Notes under the pieces: generated by a model
What the model saw: the letters and a program-made list of their open reading frames with translations, nothing else
Databases searched by the model: none
Told to the model about the DNA's origin: nothing
In this document: positions 10,912 through 19,699 of the stretch, piece by piece
Layout of the letters: each line of letters begins with the position of its first letter
Position numbering within the stretch: the stretch's first letter is position 1
Program-made: the position numbers and the translations under genes
Origin: Phycisphaerae bacterium
Lineage (GTDB): Bacteria; Planctomycetota; Phycisphaerae; UBA1845; Fen-1342
DNA: 64,000 nt
Assembly (NCBI GenBank): GCA_050115495.1
Contig: JASFQK010000001.1
Location: 32,001-96,000 of the forward strand
Direction: 5' to 3'

Positions 10912-11166
10912 ATGGCGCCGCCGGACAAGTCCGCCTACAAGCAAGCCAAGAAGGAGCTGAAGGCCGCGCAGAAAGCGGCCAAGAAGGGCCAGTCCGTCCC
11001 AAGCGCTCCAACCCCGTCATCGGCCGACCCGGATTCCCCCGCCGAGCGTGCCGCCCGCGCCGCTGAGCGCAAGGTGATGCTGGAGCACTGGCGCATCTGG
11101 CTGGCGGTCGCCGGCCTGCTGGTGGCTGTGCTGACGTTGCTGTTCACGTTGCTGCGCAGGGGATGA
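10912..11166 (+). CDS. Small Lys/Ala-rich protein with C-terminal TM helix
   Basis: GGAGG RBS; basic KQAKKELKAAQKAAKK N-terminus; terminal hydrophobic helix followed by RRG. Confidence 0.7.
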   Translation: MAPPDKSAYKQAKKELKAAQKAAKKGQSVPSAPTPSSADPDSPAERAARAAERKVMLEHWRIWLAVAGLLVAVLTLLFTLLRRG

Positions 11167-11175
11167 AGTCGGCGC

Positions 11176-12948
11176 CTATTCCTCCGGCGGCACGGACAAC
11201 GTCGGCGCCGTCCCGTCTGTGGCGAGGCGTCGCAGCATCTGCCGGAACAGGGCCCAGACCCGCTCGCGATTGACCGGGGCGTCGGTGTGCCGGAGCACCA
11301 CCAGGTACCACGGCCCGCCGGGCTCATCAACGCCGGTCAGACGCACAAGATCCGGCACATATCCGCGGCTGACCAGCGTCCGCGGCCACTGCTGCTCAAC
11401 CGTCCAGCCCCAGTGGGCGATTCCCTCGGCCACCTGCCGCGGCGTCTCCCCGTTGTGCAGATTGAAGTAGACGAGTGACGGCTGGTCATCGAGGAAGAAC
11501 CACGGGGCCACGTTCTTGTCGTGCCCCGGCGAGCGCATCCGCTCGTCCGCCTTGACCTCCCGCCGGCCCACCTCCGGCGTCACCAGCCCGTTCATGTCGT
11601 AGATGTGCAGGCCGGAGTAGTAGCCCAACGCGCCGATCGCGCCAGCGATGGTCGAGGCACCCGGACCGAAGTTCTCCTGCGTGTACGCCTTGAGAGCCAG
11701 CCCCTCCAACCGCCAGCGCCAGCGGTTGTTCACCTGCTGCTGCCACTTGCCATATTCGCTGAGGTAGTTCGGCGTGTTGCGGCGGAAGTGGAAATTGGCC
11801 CGCACATTGTGCGGCACGAGATGCCGGTCCCAACCCGGTAGCGCCCCCAGCACGACCACCGCCAACCCGACCAGCAGCGCCGCTCCGCGTCGCCACGCCC
11901 GCTGGCCGCCCAGGTCCTCCAGCATCCACGCCAGCAGAATCGTGTTGAACGCCAGCCCCGGCACGAGGAACCGCCCCATCGCCATGAAGTCCCCGGCCGT
12001 CACGATGGCGTACGCCGGAAACGCCCAGGCCATCGCCGCCACCGCCAACCCGATCGCCCGCCGACCCCGCCGCAGCACAAACCAGCTCGTCACCACCAGC
12101 AGCAGCGGCGTGACAAAGCTCAGCGCATAGACCGCAACATAGTCGAAGCCGCGTTGGAGCAGCGCCGCCGACAGCCCGGCCTTGGCATACGCCGTGTTCG
12201 GCAGCAGGCTCTGGAAGTACCACCAGCGCCAGCCGAAGTACACGCCACAGCCCACGCCGACGACCAGCACGAACGGTAGCCACGGCCGCAGCCGGCGTTG
12301 GCCCGCCAGCCAGCGTGACACCAGCGCCATGACCGCCATCACCACGACCCAGGCGATGCCCTCCACCCGCACCAGGCCCAGCAGCAACCCGCAGATGCCG
12401 GCTCCCACACCGTCGATGTCATCCGCCCGCAGCACCAGCCGGTCGAACACCAGGAAGATCAGCAGGGCGAACGGCATCGTCGCCAGCCCGCCCGTCGACC
12501 ACAGCGCGTACGGCGGAAAGAAGCCGAGACTCAGCGCCGCCACGCCGGCCACGGGCAGGCTCAACCCCAGCCGCCGATGCAGTCGGTCGAACACCAGCAG
12601 CAGCAGCGCACTACCGCAGCCTGCCGACAGCAGCGGCAGCAAGAATGTGATATCCAGCCGCAGCCACTCGACGACCGCCCCGATGATCACCCACAGGAAG
12701 TTACTGTAGCCCTCGACCGGCACGCTTTCGGTGAGATTGTAGCGCAGCCCGTGGCCCATGGCCAGGTTGTGGGAATAGCGGTAGGAGATGAACGCGTCGT
12801 CGGTGACGAACCAGAAGCGGCGCACGAGGTACGCATGCGCCAGCCAGATCAGGGTGAACACACCAATGTAACCGAGATCACCCGGCGAGCGCCACCCCGC
12901 CGGCGCTGTCGGTTCCCCGGTTCCACCCTGCTTGTCCGCGCGCACCAT
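11176..12948 (-). CDS. Multi-pass membrane protein, probable GT-C-type glycosyltransferase (AftB-like)
   Basis: TDDAFISYRYS, VEGYSNFLW, LLPNTAYAK, GDFM..GRFLVP, AIGALGYYS, DMNGLV motifs; start uncertain. Confidence 0.75.
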   Translation of the reverse strand: MVRADKQGGTGEPTAPAGWRSPGDLGYIGVFTLIWLAHAYLVRRFWFVTDDAFISYRYSHNLAMGHGLRYNLTESVPVEGYSNFLWVIIGAVVEWLRLDITFLLPLLSAGCGSALLLLVFDRLHRRLGLSLPVAGVAALSLGFFPPYALWSTGGLATMPFALLIFLVFDRLVLRADDIDGVGAGICGLLLGLVRVEGIAWVVVMAVMALVSRWLAGQRRLRPWLPFVLVVGVGCGVYFGWRWWYFQSLLPNTAYAKAGLSAALLQRGFDYVAVYALSFVTPLLLVVTSWFVLRRGRRAIGLAVAAMAWAFPAYAIVTAGDFMAMGRFLVPGLAFNTILLAWMLEDLGGQRAWRRGAALLVGLAVVVLGALPGWDRHLVPHNVRANFHFRRNTPNYLSEYGKWQQQVNNRWRWRLEGLALKAYTQENFGPGASTIAGAIGALGYYSGLHIYDMNGLVTPEVGRREVKADERMRSPGHDKNVAPWFFLDDQPSLVYFNLHNGETPRQVAEGIAHWGWTVEQQWPRTLVSRGYVPDLVRLTGVDEPGGPWYLVVLRHTDAPVNRERVWALFRQMLRRLATDGTAPTLSVPPEE

Positions 12949-13081
12949 CAGGCGGATTCCCGGCGGCCACGCCGCGGGCGCTGCGCCCCGGCCCGCGCCG
13001 GTCGCCTGCGCCATGCATGCCTGGCGCCACAATCACGAAAGGGCGCGAGTATAGCTGCGGCCGCCGGGCCGGACAAACCGC

Positions 13082-14389
13082 CTATGCCACCGCCGCCACC
13101 GCCTTCAGGTCGGCCTGCGCGTCGCTGCCGGTAAGCTGCAAGTCGTACTGCTCCTGGAGGATCTTGAACACGTTGGGCGAAACGAACGCCGGCGGGTTCG
13201 GCCCCACGCGAATGCCCTTCACACCGAGGTACAGCAGCGTCAGCAGCACGGCCACCGCCTTCTGCTCGAACCACGACAGAACGATCGTCAGCGGCAGCTC
13301 GTTCACCGAACAGTTGAACGCCCTGGCCAAGCCCACCGCCACCTGGATCGCCCCGTATGCATCGTTGCACTGCCCCATGTCCAGCAGCCGCGGAATCTCG
13401 CCGACGCCCTCCAGCGCGATCGTCCCGAAATCCTCGTTGCGAATGCGGAACTTCCCGCAGCCCAGCGTTAGCACCACCGAGTCGCGCGGCGTCGCCGCGG
13501 CGTACTGGGCGAAGTAGTTGCGGCCCGGCTCGGCCCCGTCGCAGCCGCCGATGAGGTAGAAGTGGTTGAGTTGCCCCTTCTTCACCGCGGCGACGATCTT
13601 GTCCGCCAGCCCGAGCAGCACGCTGTGGTGGAAGCCGATCGTGGACTCGCGCACCGGTTCTTCGGGCAGCGGCTCGCAGCGCTTGGCACACTCGATGACC
13701 TCGGAGAAGTCGCTCGACTTCAGCCGCCGGCCGCCGGGAACCGCCGTCACCCGCGTCGTGAACAGCCGATCCTGGTACGCCTTGCTCGGAATGAGCACGC
13801 AGTTCGTGGTGGCCAGCACGGGGCCGTTGAACGCGGCCCATTCCTTGCGCTGCTTCTGCCACGCGTCGCCGTAATGGCCGGCCAGGTGGCTGTGCTTGCG
13901 CAACTCCGGGTACATGTGGGCCGGCAGCATCTCGCCGTGCGTGTACACGTTGATGCCCGTGCCGCGCGTCTGTTCGAGCAGGTCGCTCAGATCGACCATG
14001 TCGTGCCCGGTGACCAGAATGCCCGGGCCTGCTCGCGTGCCCTCGTAGACCTTCGTGGGCGATGGACTGCCGAACCGCTTCACGTGTCCCTCGTCGAGCA
14101 TCTGCATCACCCGCAGGTTGTGCTTGCCGCAATCCAACACGAGCTCGAGCAGCGTGTTCATATCGAAGTTCACGTTCGTGACCGTGGCGAACAGGGCCTC
14201 CTCGACGAACGCATCGACTTCTTCATCGACCATGCCGAGCCGCCGGGCGTGATGGGCATACGCCGCCATCCCCTTGACCCCGTACAGCAGCGTCTCCTGC
14301 AACGATTGCATATCCGGGTCCTTCCCGCAGACGCCGATCTCGGTGCAGCCGACTCCCTTGAATACCTGTTCGCACTGGTTACAGAACAT
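13082..14389 (-). CDS. hcp: Hybrid cluster protein / hydroxylamine reductase, short (class III-like) form
   Basis: MFCNQCEQ..GC.....CGK, GHD, YTHGEMLPAH, TTNC, GGCDG, DMGQCND, WFEQKA; AAGGAG RBS; 435 aa. Confidence 0.96.
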   Translation of the reverse strand: MFCNQCEQVFKGVGCTEIGVCGKDPDMQSLQETLLYGVKGMAAYAHHARRLGMVDEEVDAFVEEALFATVTNVNFDMNTLLELVLDCGKHNLRVMQMLDEGHVKRFGSPSPTKVYEGTRAGPGILVTGHDMVDLSDLLEQTRGTGINVYTHGEMLPAHMYPELRKHSHLAGHYGDAWQKQRKEWAAFNGPVLATTNCVLIPSKAYQDRLFTTRVTAVPGGRRLKSSDFSEVIECAKRCEPLPEEPVRESTIGFHHSVLLGLADKIVAAVKKGQLNHFYLIGGCDGAEPGRNYFAQYAAATPRDSVVLTLGCGKFRIRNEDFGTIALEGVGEIPRLLDMGQCNDAYGAIQVAVGLARAFNCSVNELPLTIVLSWFEQKAVAVLLTLLYLGVKGIRVGPNPPAFVSPNVFKILQEQYDLQLTGSDAQADLKAVAAVA

Positions 14390-14501
14390 GACCGCTCCTT
14401 GTCGTGCATGTGGCATGGGTCAAGCCGGCGCGCCACCCACGCAGCGCGCGGCGACGCTTGCCCACTCGGGAGAAGTGTCGGACAATCCATGGTCACTCGC
14501 C

Positions 14502-14515
14502 TTGATTTGTATCAA
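14502..14515. promoter_or_regulatory. FNR/DNR/HcpR-type binding box
   Basis: Perfect TTGAT-TTGT-ATCAA between divergent hcp and Crp/Fnr genes. Confidence 0.9.
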
Positions 14516-14548
14516 CCGAGACCGGCGATTTCCGCGGAGACCAGTGAA

Positions 14549-15247
14549 GTGGATGCGGCGTGTCGAGATATCCTGCGTGACTGCGGCTTGTGCGCGAGCC
14601 TCGGCGATGCGTCGCTCGACCTGCTCGCCGCCGCCGGCACGATCCGGATATTTCGTCGGGGCGAATTCGTCTTTCGCCAGGGCGACCCCTGCCCCGGCCT
14701 CTATGTCGTCGGCCAGGGGCTCATCCGCGTCTACAAGCTGGCCCCGTCGGGCAAGACGCACGTGCTGCACTTCGCCGGCCCGGGCAAGACCTTCGCCGAA
14801 GTCGCCGCCATCGGCGGATTCACGTGCCCGGCGCATGCGGAAGCCGTCGAGGACACCCGCTGCGTCCTGATCCCGGTGGAGCCGCTGCACAGCCTGCTCG
14901 ACGACAACCACGCCCTCTGCCGCGAGCTGCTCGTCGGCATGTCGCGCTGGGTGCATCAGCTCATCGGCCTGCTCGAAGACGTCGTCCTCCGCGACGCCGG
15001 CGGCCGCGTCGCCCGCCACCTGCTCGCCTCGGACACGACCGGCGGCCACGAGGCCTTCGCTCTGCCCGTGCTGAAGAAAGACCTCGCTTGCCACCTCAAC
15101 CTAACCAGCGAAACGCTCTCCCGCACGCTTCGCCGACTCGCCGCCACCGGCCTCATCGAGCTCTATCCCGACCAGAGCCTGCGCATCGCCAACACCGACG
15201 CCCTGCGCGAGGTCGCCGACGGCATCCTGCCGGCGGAGTTCGACTGA
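14549..15247 (+). CDS. Crp/Fnr family regulator (HcpR-like)
   Basis: cNMP-fold GEFVFRQGD..GLIRVYK..TFAE; HTH LNLTSETLSRTL; GGAG RBS before GTG at 14549. Confidence 0.9.
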   Translation: MDAACRDILRDCGLCASLGDASLDLLAAAGTIRIFRRGEFVFRQGDPCPGLYVVGQGLIRVYKLAPSGKTHVLHFAGPGKTFAEVAAIGGFTCPAHAEAVEDTRCVLIPVEPLHSLLDDNHALCRELLVGMSRWVHQLIGLLEDVVLRDAGGRVARHLLASDTTGGHEAFALPVLKKDLACHLNLTSETLSRTLRRLAATGLIELYPDQSLRIANTDALREVADGILPAEFD

Positions 15248-15320
15248 GCCGTGTTGCCCTCGCCGCCGGCTTGGCCGATCATGCCGTTCAGCCGACCGAA
15301 TCGGCGACGGACGCGAGGGT

Positions 15321-16190
15321 ATGCTGGAACGGTCCCTGGACGAGTTTGAGGCGATCTTCGAGCGGGCGACCATTCCCGTGCTCGACATCCGCGAACTCGC
15401 CCTGACCCGCCTCTCCGCCGTCCTGAAAGGCGACCCGCTCGACGCGTCGATCGTCGCCTTGGCCAGCCACATGCAGCGGCGCTTCGACGCCGAAGTGCAG
15501 GTGTACTGGCCCGCCGGCCGCGAGGCGGCGCTCGAACCGGCCCGTGCCGCCGGCCTCACGCCCGCCGAGCGCCCCTTCGCCTCAACGGCGGAACTGGTCG
15601 GCCAGGTGGCTATCAGCCGGCGACAGCTCATCCTCGTGCCCGAGCCAGCCAAAGAGGGTCAGCGCCTCCTCGACGTCGCCGCCCTGATCCAGGGCACCGC
15701 CCCGCCCGTGCTGCTCGTCCGCCGGCCGATCGCCCAACCCGAAGAGGTCTTCCGCCGGATCCTGCACAGCCTGACGGGAAACTTCCGCCAGACGCAGAAC
15801 TTCTCGTACTCCTTCACGCTCGTGGAGAACACCGGCGGGTCACTGCTGCTGCTGCACACCATCGACGAAACCGACCTCGCGGACGTGCGACACGCCCTGC
15901 GCGTCTCGCCACACGTGCCCGCCGATGGACGACAGGAGTTGCTCGCCGGCCTGAGCAAACAGGGGGAGCGCTATCTGAAGGCGGTCGTCGCCGCCAGCCG
16001 CAAGTACCCCTACGAAGTGACCTATCGCCTCGCCCTGGGCGAGGTAGTGCCGACGGTGCAGGAGGAGCTGCGCCGCGGCGGACATACGTTGCTCGTCGTC
16101 GGCCACCACCGCGAGGGCCACAGCTTCATCGAGGCGGCCGACTACGAGCTGATGCACGAAGTGCTGGACATCCCGGTATTGGCCCTGTAG
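15321..16190 (+). CDS. Universal stress protein family (two degenerate USP domains)
   Basis: PPVLLVRRP, LLLLHTID, LLVVGHH, C-terminal DIPVLAL. Confidence 0.75.
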   Translation: MLERSLDEFEAIFERATIPVLDIRELALTRLSAVLKGDPLDASIVALASHMQRRFDAEVQVYWPAGREAALEPARAAGLTPAERPFASTAELVGQVAISRRQLILVPEPAKEGQRLLDVAALIQGTAPPVLLVRRPIAQPEEVFRRILHSLTGNFRQTQNFSYSFTLVENTGGSLLLLHTIDETDLADVRHALRVSPHVPADGRQELLAGLSKQGERYLKAVVAASRKYPYEVTYRLALGEVVPTVQEELRRGGHTLLVVGHHREGHSFIEAADYELMHEVLDIPVLAL

Positions 16191-16221
16191 CGGCGCGGCC
16201 CTACCGCCCGCGGAATCACAC

Positions 16222-17616
16222 GTGGAAATGGACGCTGTATCGCTGTCGCCGCTGCTGCTCGCCACCGCCGAGCCTGCGGCCGCGGTGCCCCACTACCAGA
16301 CCTGGATCTGCGCGGCCATCCTCGTGATCACGCTCGTCGTCCTGGCCAGCGAACGCATCCACAAGACCGTGCTGGCCCTCCTCGCCGGGGGCGTCTGCCT
16401 GCTGCTCGGCGACCTGTGGGGCTACTTCCCCCACGACGCCGGCCACCACCTGCCCCCCTACATCGCCATGATCGAGTGGGAGGTGATCGGCATCGTCATC
16501 GGAGCGACCGTCTTCGTCGAAATCGCCGCCCGCTCCGGCATCTTCACCTTCCTCAGCATCCGCATGCTCAAGGCCAGCGGCGGCGACCCCTTCCGCCTGC
16601 TCGTCCTCTTCTCGATCCTCACCGCCGTGTTCAGTGCCTTCCTGGACAACATCACGGCGATGATCATCATCGGTTCGCTGACCATCGTCGCCTGCCGCAA
16701 GCTCGCCCTCGACGCCAAGCCGTTCCTCATCACCGAAGGAATCATGACCAACGTCGGCGGGCTGCTCACGCTCATCAGCTCCCTGCCCAACATCATCGTC
16801 GGCCAGGCCGCCGGGATCAGCTACCTCGACTTCGTCATCGTCGCCGGCCCGTACACCGTGCTGGCCACCGTCGTCACGCTGATCGTCGCCCGCTTCTGTT
16901 TCGGCAAGGCGGTCGCCCCGCTGCGCGACCCCGCCGAGCGCCGGCACAACCGCGAGCTCGCCCTCGCTTTCGACGAATGGGAAACCGTCGGCAGCAAGCG
17001 CTTCTTCTACACCTCGATCGTCGCGGTCGTCGTGGTGATCCTGGCCTTCGCCCTGCGACCGCAGATCCCCATCCTGCGCGACTTCGGCATCGAGGTCGTG
17101 GCCATGGGCGCCGCCGTGATCATGCTTCTCCTGCACGCCCACGACGTCGAGGAAGACCTCAGTCACGTGCAATGGTCACTGGTCTTCTTCTTCATCGGCC
17201 TGTTCACGCTGATCGGCGTGCTCGAGCGCGCCGGTGTCCTGCACTACATCGGCGTCGCCCTGGAGAAGCTCACCACCTACACCGGCCACGTCGGCCTCAT
17301 GTGGTTCACCGCCGCCTTCAGCTCCGTCACGGACAACATCCCCCTGGCCGCGATGCTGGCCCGCATCTTCGGTCCCACCCCCGAGGCCGCCCAGGCCGTT
17401 GCCCCCGTCCAATGGTGGGCCATCGTCTTCGGAGCCAACCTCGGCGGGAACATCACCCCCATCGGCTCCGCCAGCACCGTCGTCGCCGTCACCATCCTCA
17501 AGAAAAACGGACTCAGGATCACCTTCCTCGAGTTCGTCCGCCTCGGCGCGATCTTCGCGGCGGCACAACTCCTCCTCGGCAGCGGTTACCTGCTCATCCT
17601 CCGCGCCATCCTCTAA
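16222..17616 (+). CDS. ArsB/NhaD/SLC13 (ion transporter superfamily) permease
   Basis: SAFLDNIT, TNVGGLLTLI..PNIIV, SSVTDNIP, GANLGGNITPIGSAS; about 12 TM helices. Confidence 0.9.
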   Translation: MEMDAVSLSPLLLATAEPAAAVPHYQTWICAAILVITLVVLASERIHKTVLALLAGGVCLLLGDLWGYFPHDAGHHLPPYIAMIEWEVIGIVIGATVFVEIAARSGIFTFLSIRMLKASGGDPFRLLVLFSILTAVFSAFLDNITAMIIIGSLTIVACRKLALDAKPFLITEGIMTNVGGLLTLISSLPNIIVGQAAGISYLDFVIVAGPYTVLATVVTLIVARFCFGKAVAPLRDPAERRHNRELALAFDEWETVGSKRFFYTSIVAVVVVILAFALRPQIPILRDFGIEVVAMGAAVIMLLLHAHDVEEDLSHVQWSLVFFFIGLFTLIGVLERAGVLHYIGVALEKLTTYTGHVGLMWFTAAFSSVTDNIPLAAMLARIFGPTPEAAQAVAPVQWWAIVFGANLGGNITPIGSASTVVAVTILKKNGLRITFLEFVRLGAIFAAAQLLLGSGYLLILRAIL

Positions 17617-17709
17617 GGTCGCCATCCCCTGGAAAAACAACACCTTTTTATGTCTTTGTTGTCGTAAATATTTTTGTACAAACGACTTATTGCATTTTTC
17701 CGATACCCC

Positions 17710-17770
17710 TTTACTTTGAACAGGTGTATCGTATACTTGTTTTGAACAATCGTTCAGTACACGTGTTCAA
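17710..17770 (+). promoter_or_regulatory. AT-rich promoter with TetR-type operator palindromes
   Basis: TTTACT-16-TATACT (17710-17737); palindrome TGAAC-AATC-GTTCA (17743-17756); inverted pair TTGAACAGGTGTA (17716-17728) / TACACGTGTTCAA (17758-17770). Confidence 0.75.
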
Positions 17771-17783
17771 CGGAGCCTCGACG

Positions 17784-18434
17784 ATGGCCACGGACGAAAC
17801 CATCAAACGGATCCTCGACGCCGCAGGTCCGATCTTCGCCGACAAAGGCTTCCGGGAAGCGCACGTCCGCGACATCTGCGAGGCCGCCGGCGTAGGTCTC
17901 GCCTCCGTGAACTACCACTTCGGCGACAAGAACCAGCTCTATGTGCGGGTCGTCGAGGCCGCCTTCGAGTACGTCATCCAGAACGAACCGACGCCCACGT
18001 GGCCGCCGGGTACGCCACTCACCGAACGGATGCGGACTTGCATCCACGACCTTGCCCGCCGAACACTGCGACCCAAGGACGAGTCCTGGCAGGAACGTCT
18101 GCTGACCCGCGAGATCCACGCTCCCACACCCGGCTGCGAGGGAGTCATCCACAAACACATCAACGAGCATCTCCAACCGCTCACGGCCCTCCTCAACGAG
18201 GTCTTGCCGGCGGACTTGCCCGATATCGAACGGTGGCGCTACGTGCTCACCATTACCGGCCAGATCCTGCATTACGACAGCCATCGCGACGTCATCGCCG
18301 TGATCATAGGCGAGGCGGCGGACGGACCAGCCTTCAGCGCCGAGGCCCTCGCCGAGCACATCACCCGCTTCACGCTGGCCGCCCTGGGGCTCGCCCCAAC
18401 CCTCGGACAACAAACAGGGAGTGACCCTTCATGA
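17784..18434 (+). CDS. TetR/AcrR family regulator (CecR/DUF1956-like C-terminus)
   Basis: RILDAAGPIFADKGF..VRDICEAAGVGLASVNYHFGDKNQLY HTH; C-terminal part of track ORF 16416..18434. Confidence 0.92.
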   Translation: MATDETIKRILDAAGPIFADKGFREAHVRDICEAAGVGLASVNYHFGDKNQLYVRVVEAAFEYVIQNEPTPTWPPGTPLTERMRTCIHDLARRTLRPKDESWQERLLTREIHAPTPGCEGVIHKHINEHLQPLTALLNEVLPADLPDIERWRYVLTITGQILHYDSHRDVIAVIIGEAADGPAFSAEALAEHITRFTLAALGLAPTLGQQTGSDPS

Positions 18435-19699
18435 GTACGCTCGATACGGCGACGCAGCAATCCACCACCGATGCCCCTCAGCCGGTGCAGACCCGCGGAC
18501 GGGGAGGCCGCTGGCTCCTCGGCATCGGCGGCGGCCTGATCGTCATCGCTGCCATTGCCGGCGGTGGCTATCTGATGAACCGCGACAAAGCCACCGCGGC
18601 CGATCCCACTGAGACCGACGCACGCCCGGCCGTACACGCCATCGTCGCCCCGGCCCGCCAGATGGAGTTCCAGAACACGCTCGTCGCGCAGGGCAACGTC
18701 CAGGCCAAGAACTTCGCGATGATCTCCCCCCGCGTCGCCGGCACGCTCGAGACCATCATGGTCGACGAGGGCGATACGGTCGAAGCCGGCGTCACGCGCC
18801 TGTTCCAGACCGACTCGGTGCGGCTGGCCAAGGCACTCGAAGTGCGCGAGCACGAGGTCAACGTCGCCGAGCAGTCGCTGCGTGAGAAGCGGGCCTCACT
18901 GGAGAAGAGCCAGGCCGACTTCGACAAGGCCGAGTACGACTGGAACCGCTACCAGGACCTCTACGCCCGCGGCGTGTCCTCCCAGGATGAATACGAAGAA
19001 GCCGAGGCCGAGTACCGCCGTTGCACGGCCCTGCTCAAGCTCGCCGACGCCCAGGTGGACTTGGCCGACGCCCAGTTGGCCCAGTCCCGTTCGGCCCAGG
19101 CCATCGCCGAAAAGGATCTGGCCGACTCCCTCGTCGTCGCCCCGATCAGCGGGCGGGTCACCGCCCGCTACCAGGAACCGGGCGAGATGGGCGCGCCGGG
19201 CCAGCCCGTCCTGCGCATCGAGGATCCGTCGCTGCTGGAGGTGTCGGTGTACCTGCCGGCACAAGCCTACGGCAACGTCGAACCCGACCAGACGCCGATG
19301 TGGGTCACCGTCAACGGCGTGGACCTCGGCGAGCACGCGGTGAGCTACAAGAGCCCGACGATTGACACCACCCTGCGAACGTTCGAGGCGCGCTGCCTGC
19401 TGCCCGATCCGCCCGCGGCCGTCGCCGCCGGCGCGATGGCCGACGTGCGCGTCGTGCTCGAGCGCCGCCAGGGCCTCGGCGTGCCGCGCGATGCGCTCCA
19501 GCGGCGCAGCGGAGGCGAGGTCGTCTTCATCGTCGAGAACGATCAGGCGCGGATGATCCCCGTGGACGTCGGCCTGGAGACGGACGGCATGGTCGAGGTC
19601 AGCGGCGAAGGGCTGACCGCCGGCGCGGCGGTGGTCACCGTCGGCGGCTACTTCCTCGATCCCGGCCAGCCGGTCACCGTGCAGCAGGAGACGCCCTGA
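18431..19699 (+). CDS. RND efflux periplasmic adaptor (membrane fusion protein)
   Basis: N-terminal TM; ISPRVAG..VDEGDTV, coiled coil, VVAPISGRV, VDVGLE; ATGA overlap with TetR gene. Confidence 0.93.
   Translation: MSTLDTATQQSTTDAPQPVQTRGRGGRWLLGIGGGLIVIAAIAGGGYLMNRDKATAADPTETDARPAVHAIVAPARQMEFQNTLVAQGNVQAKNFAMISPRVAGTLETIMVDEGDTVEAGVTRLFQTDSVRLAKALEVREHEVNVAEQSLREKRASLEKSQADFDKAEYDWNRYQDLYARGVSSQDEYEEAEAEYRRCTALLKLADAQVDLADAQLAQSRSAQAIAEKDLADSLVVAPISGRVTARYQEPGEMGAPGQPVLRIEDPSLLEVSVYLPAQAYGNVEPDQTPMWVTVNGVDLGEHAVSYKSPTIDTTLRTFEARCLLPDPPAAVAAGAMADVRVVLERRQGLGVPRDALQRRSGGEVVFIVENDQARMIPVDVGLETDGMVEVSGEGLTAGAAVVTVGGYFLDPGQPVTVQQETP

Noticed and set aside
13562..14548. N-terminal extension of the 561-aa ORF containing the Crp/Fnr domain
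   Set aside because: Runs antisense through hcp and across the FNR box; the RBS supports a start at 14549
16416..17783. Apparent 672-aa fusion ending in TetR
   Set aside because: Upstream part is an off-frame overlap of the permease and crosses an AT-rich promoter; the real start is 17784
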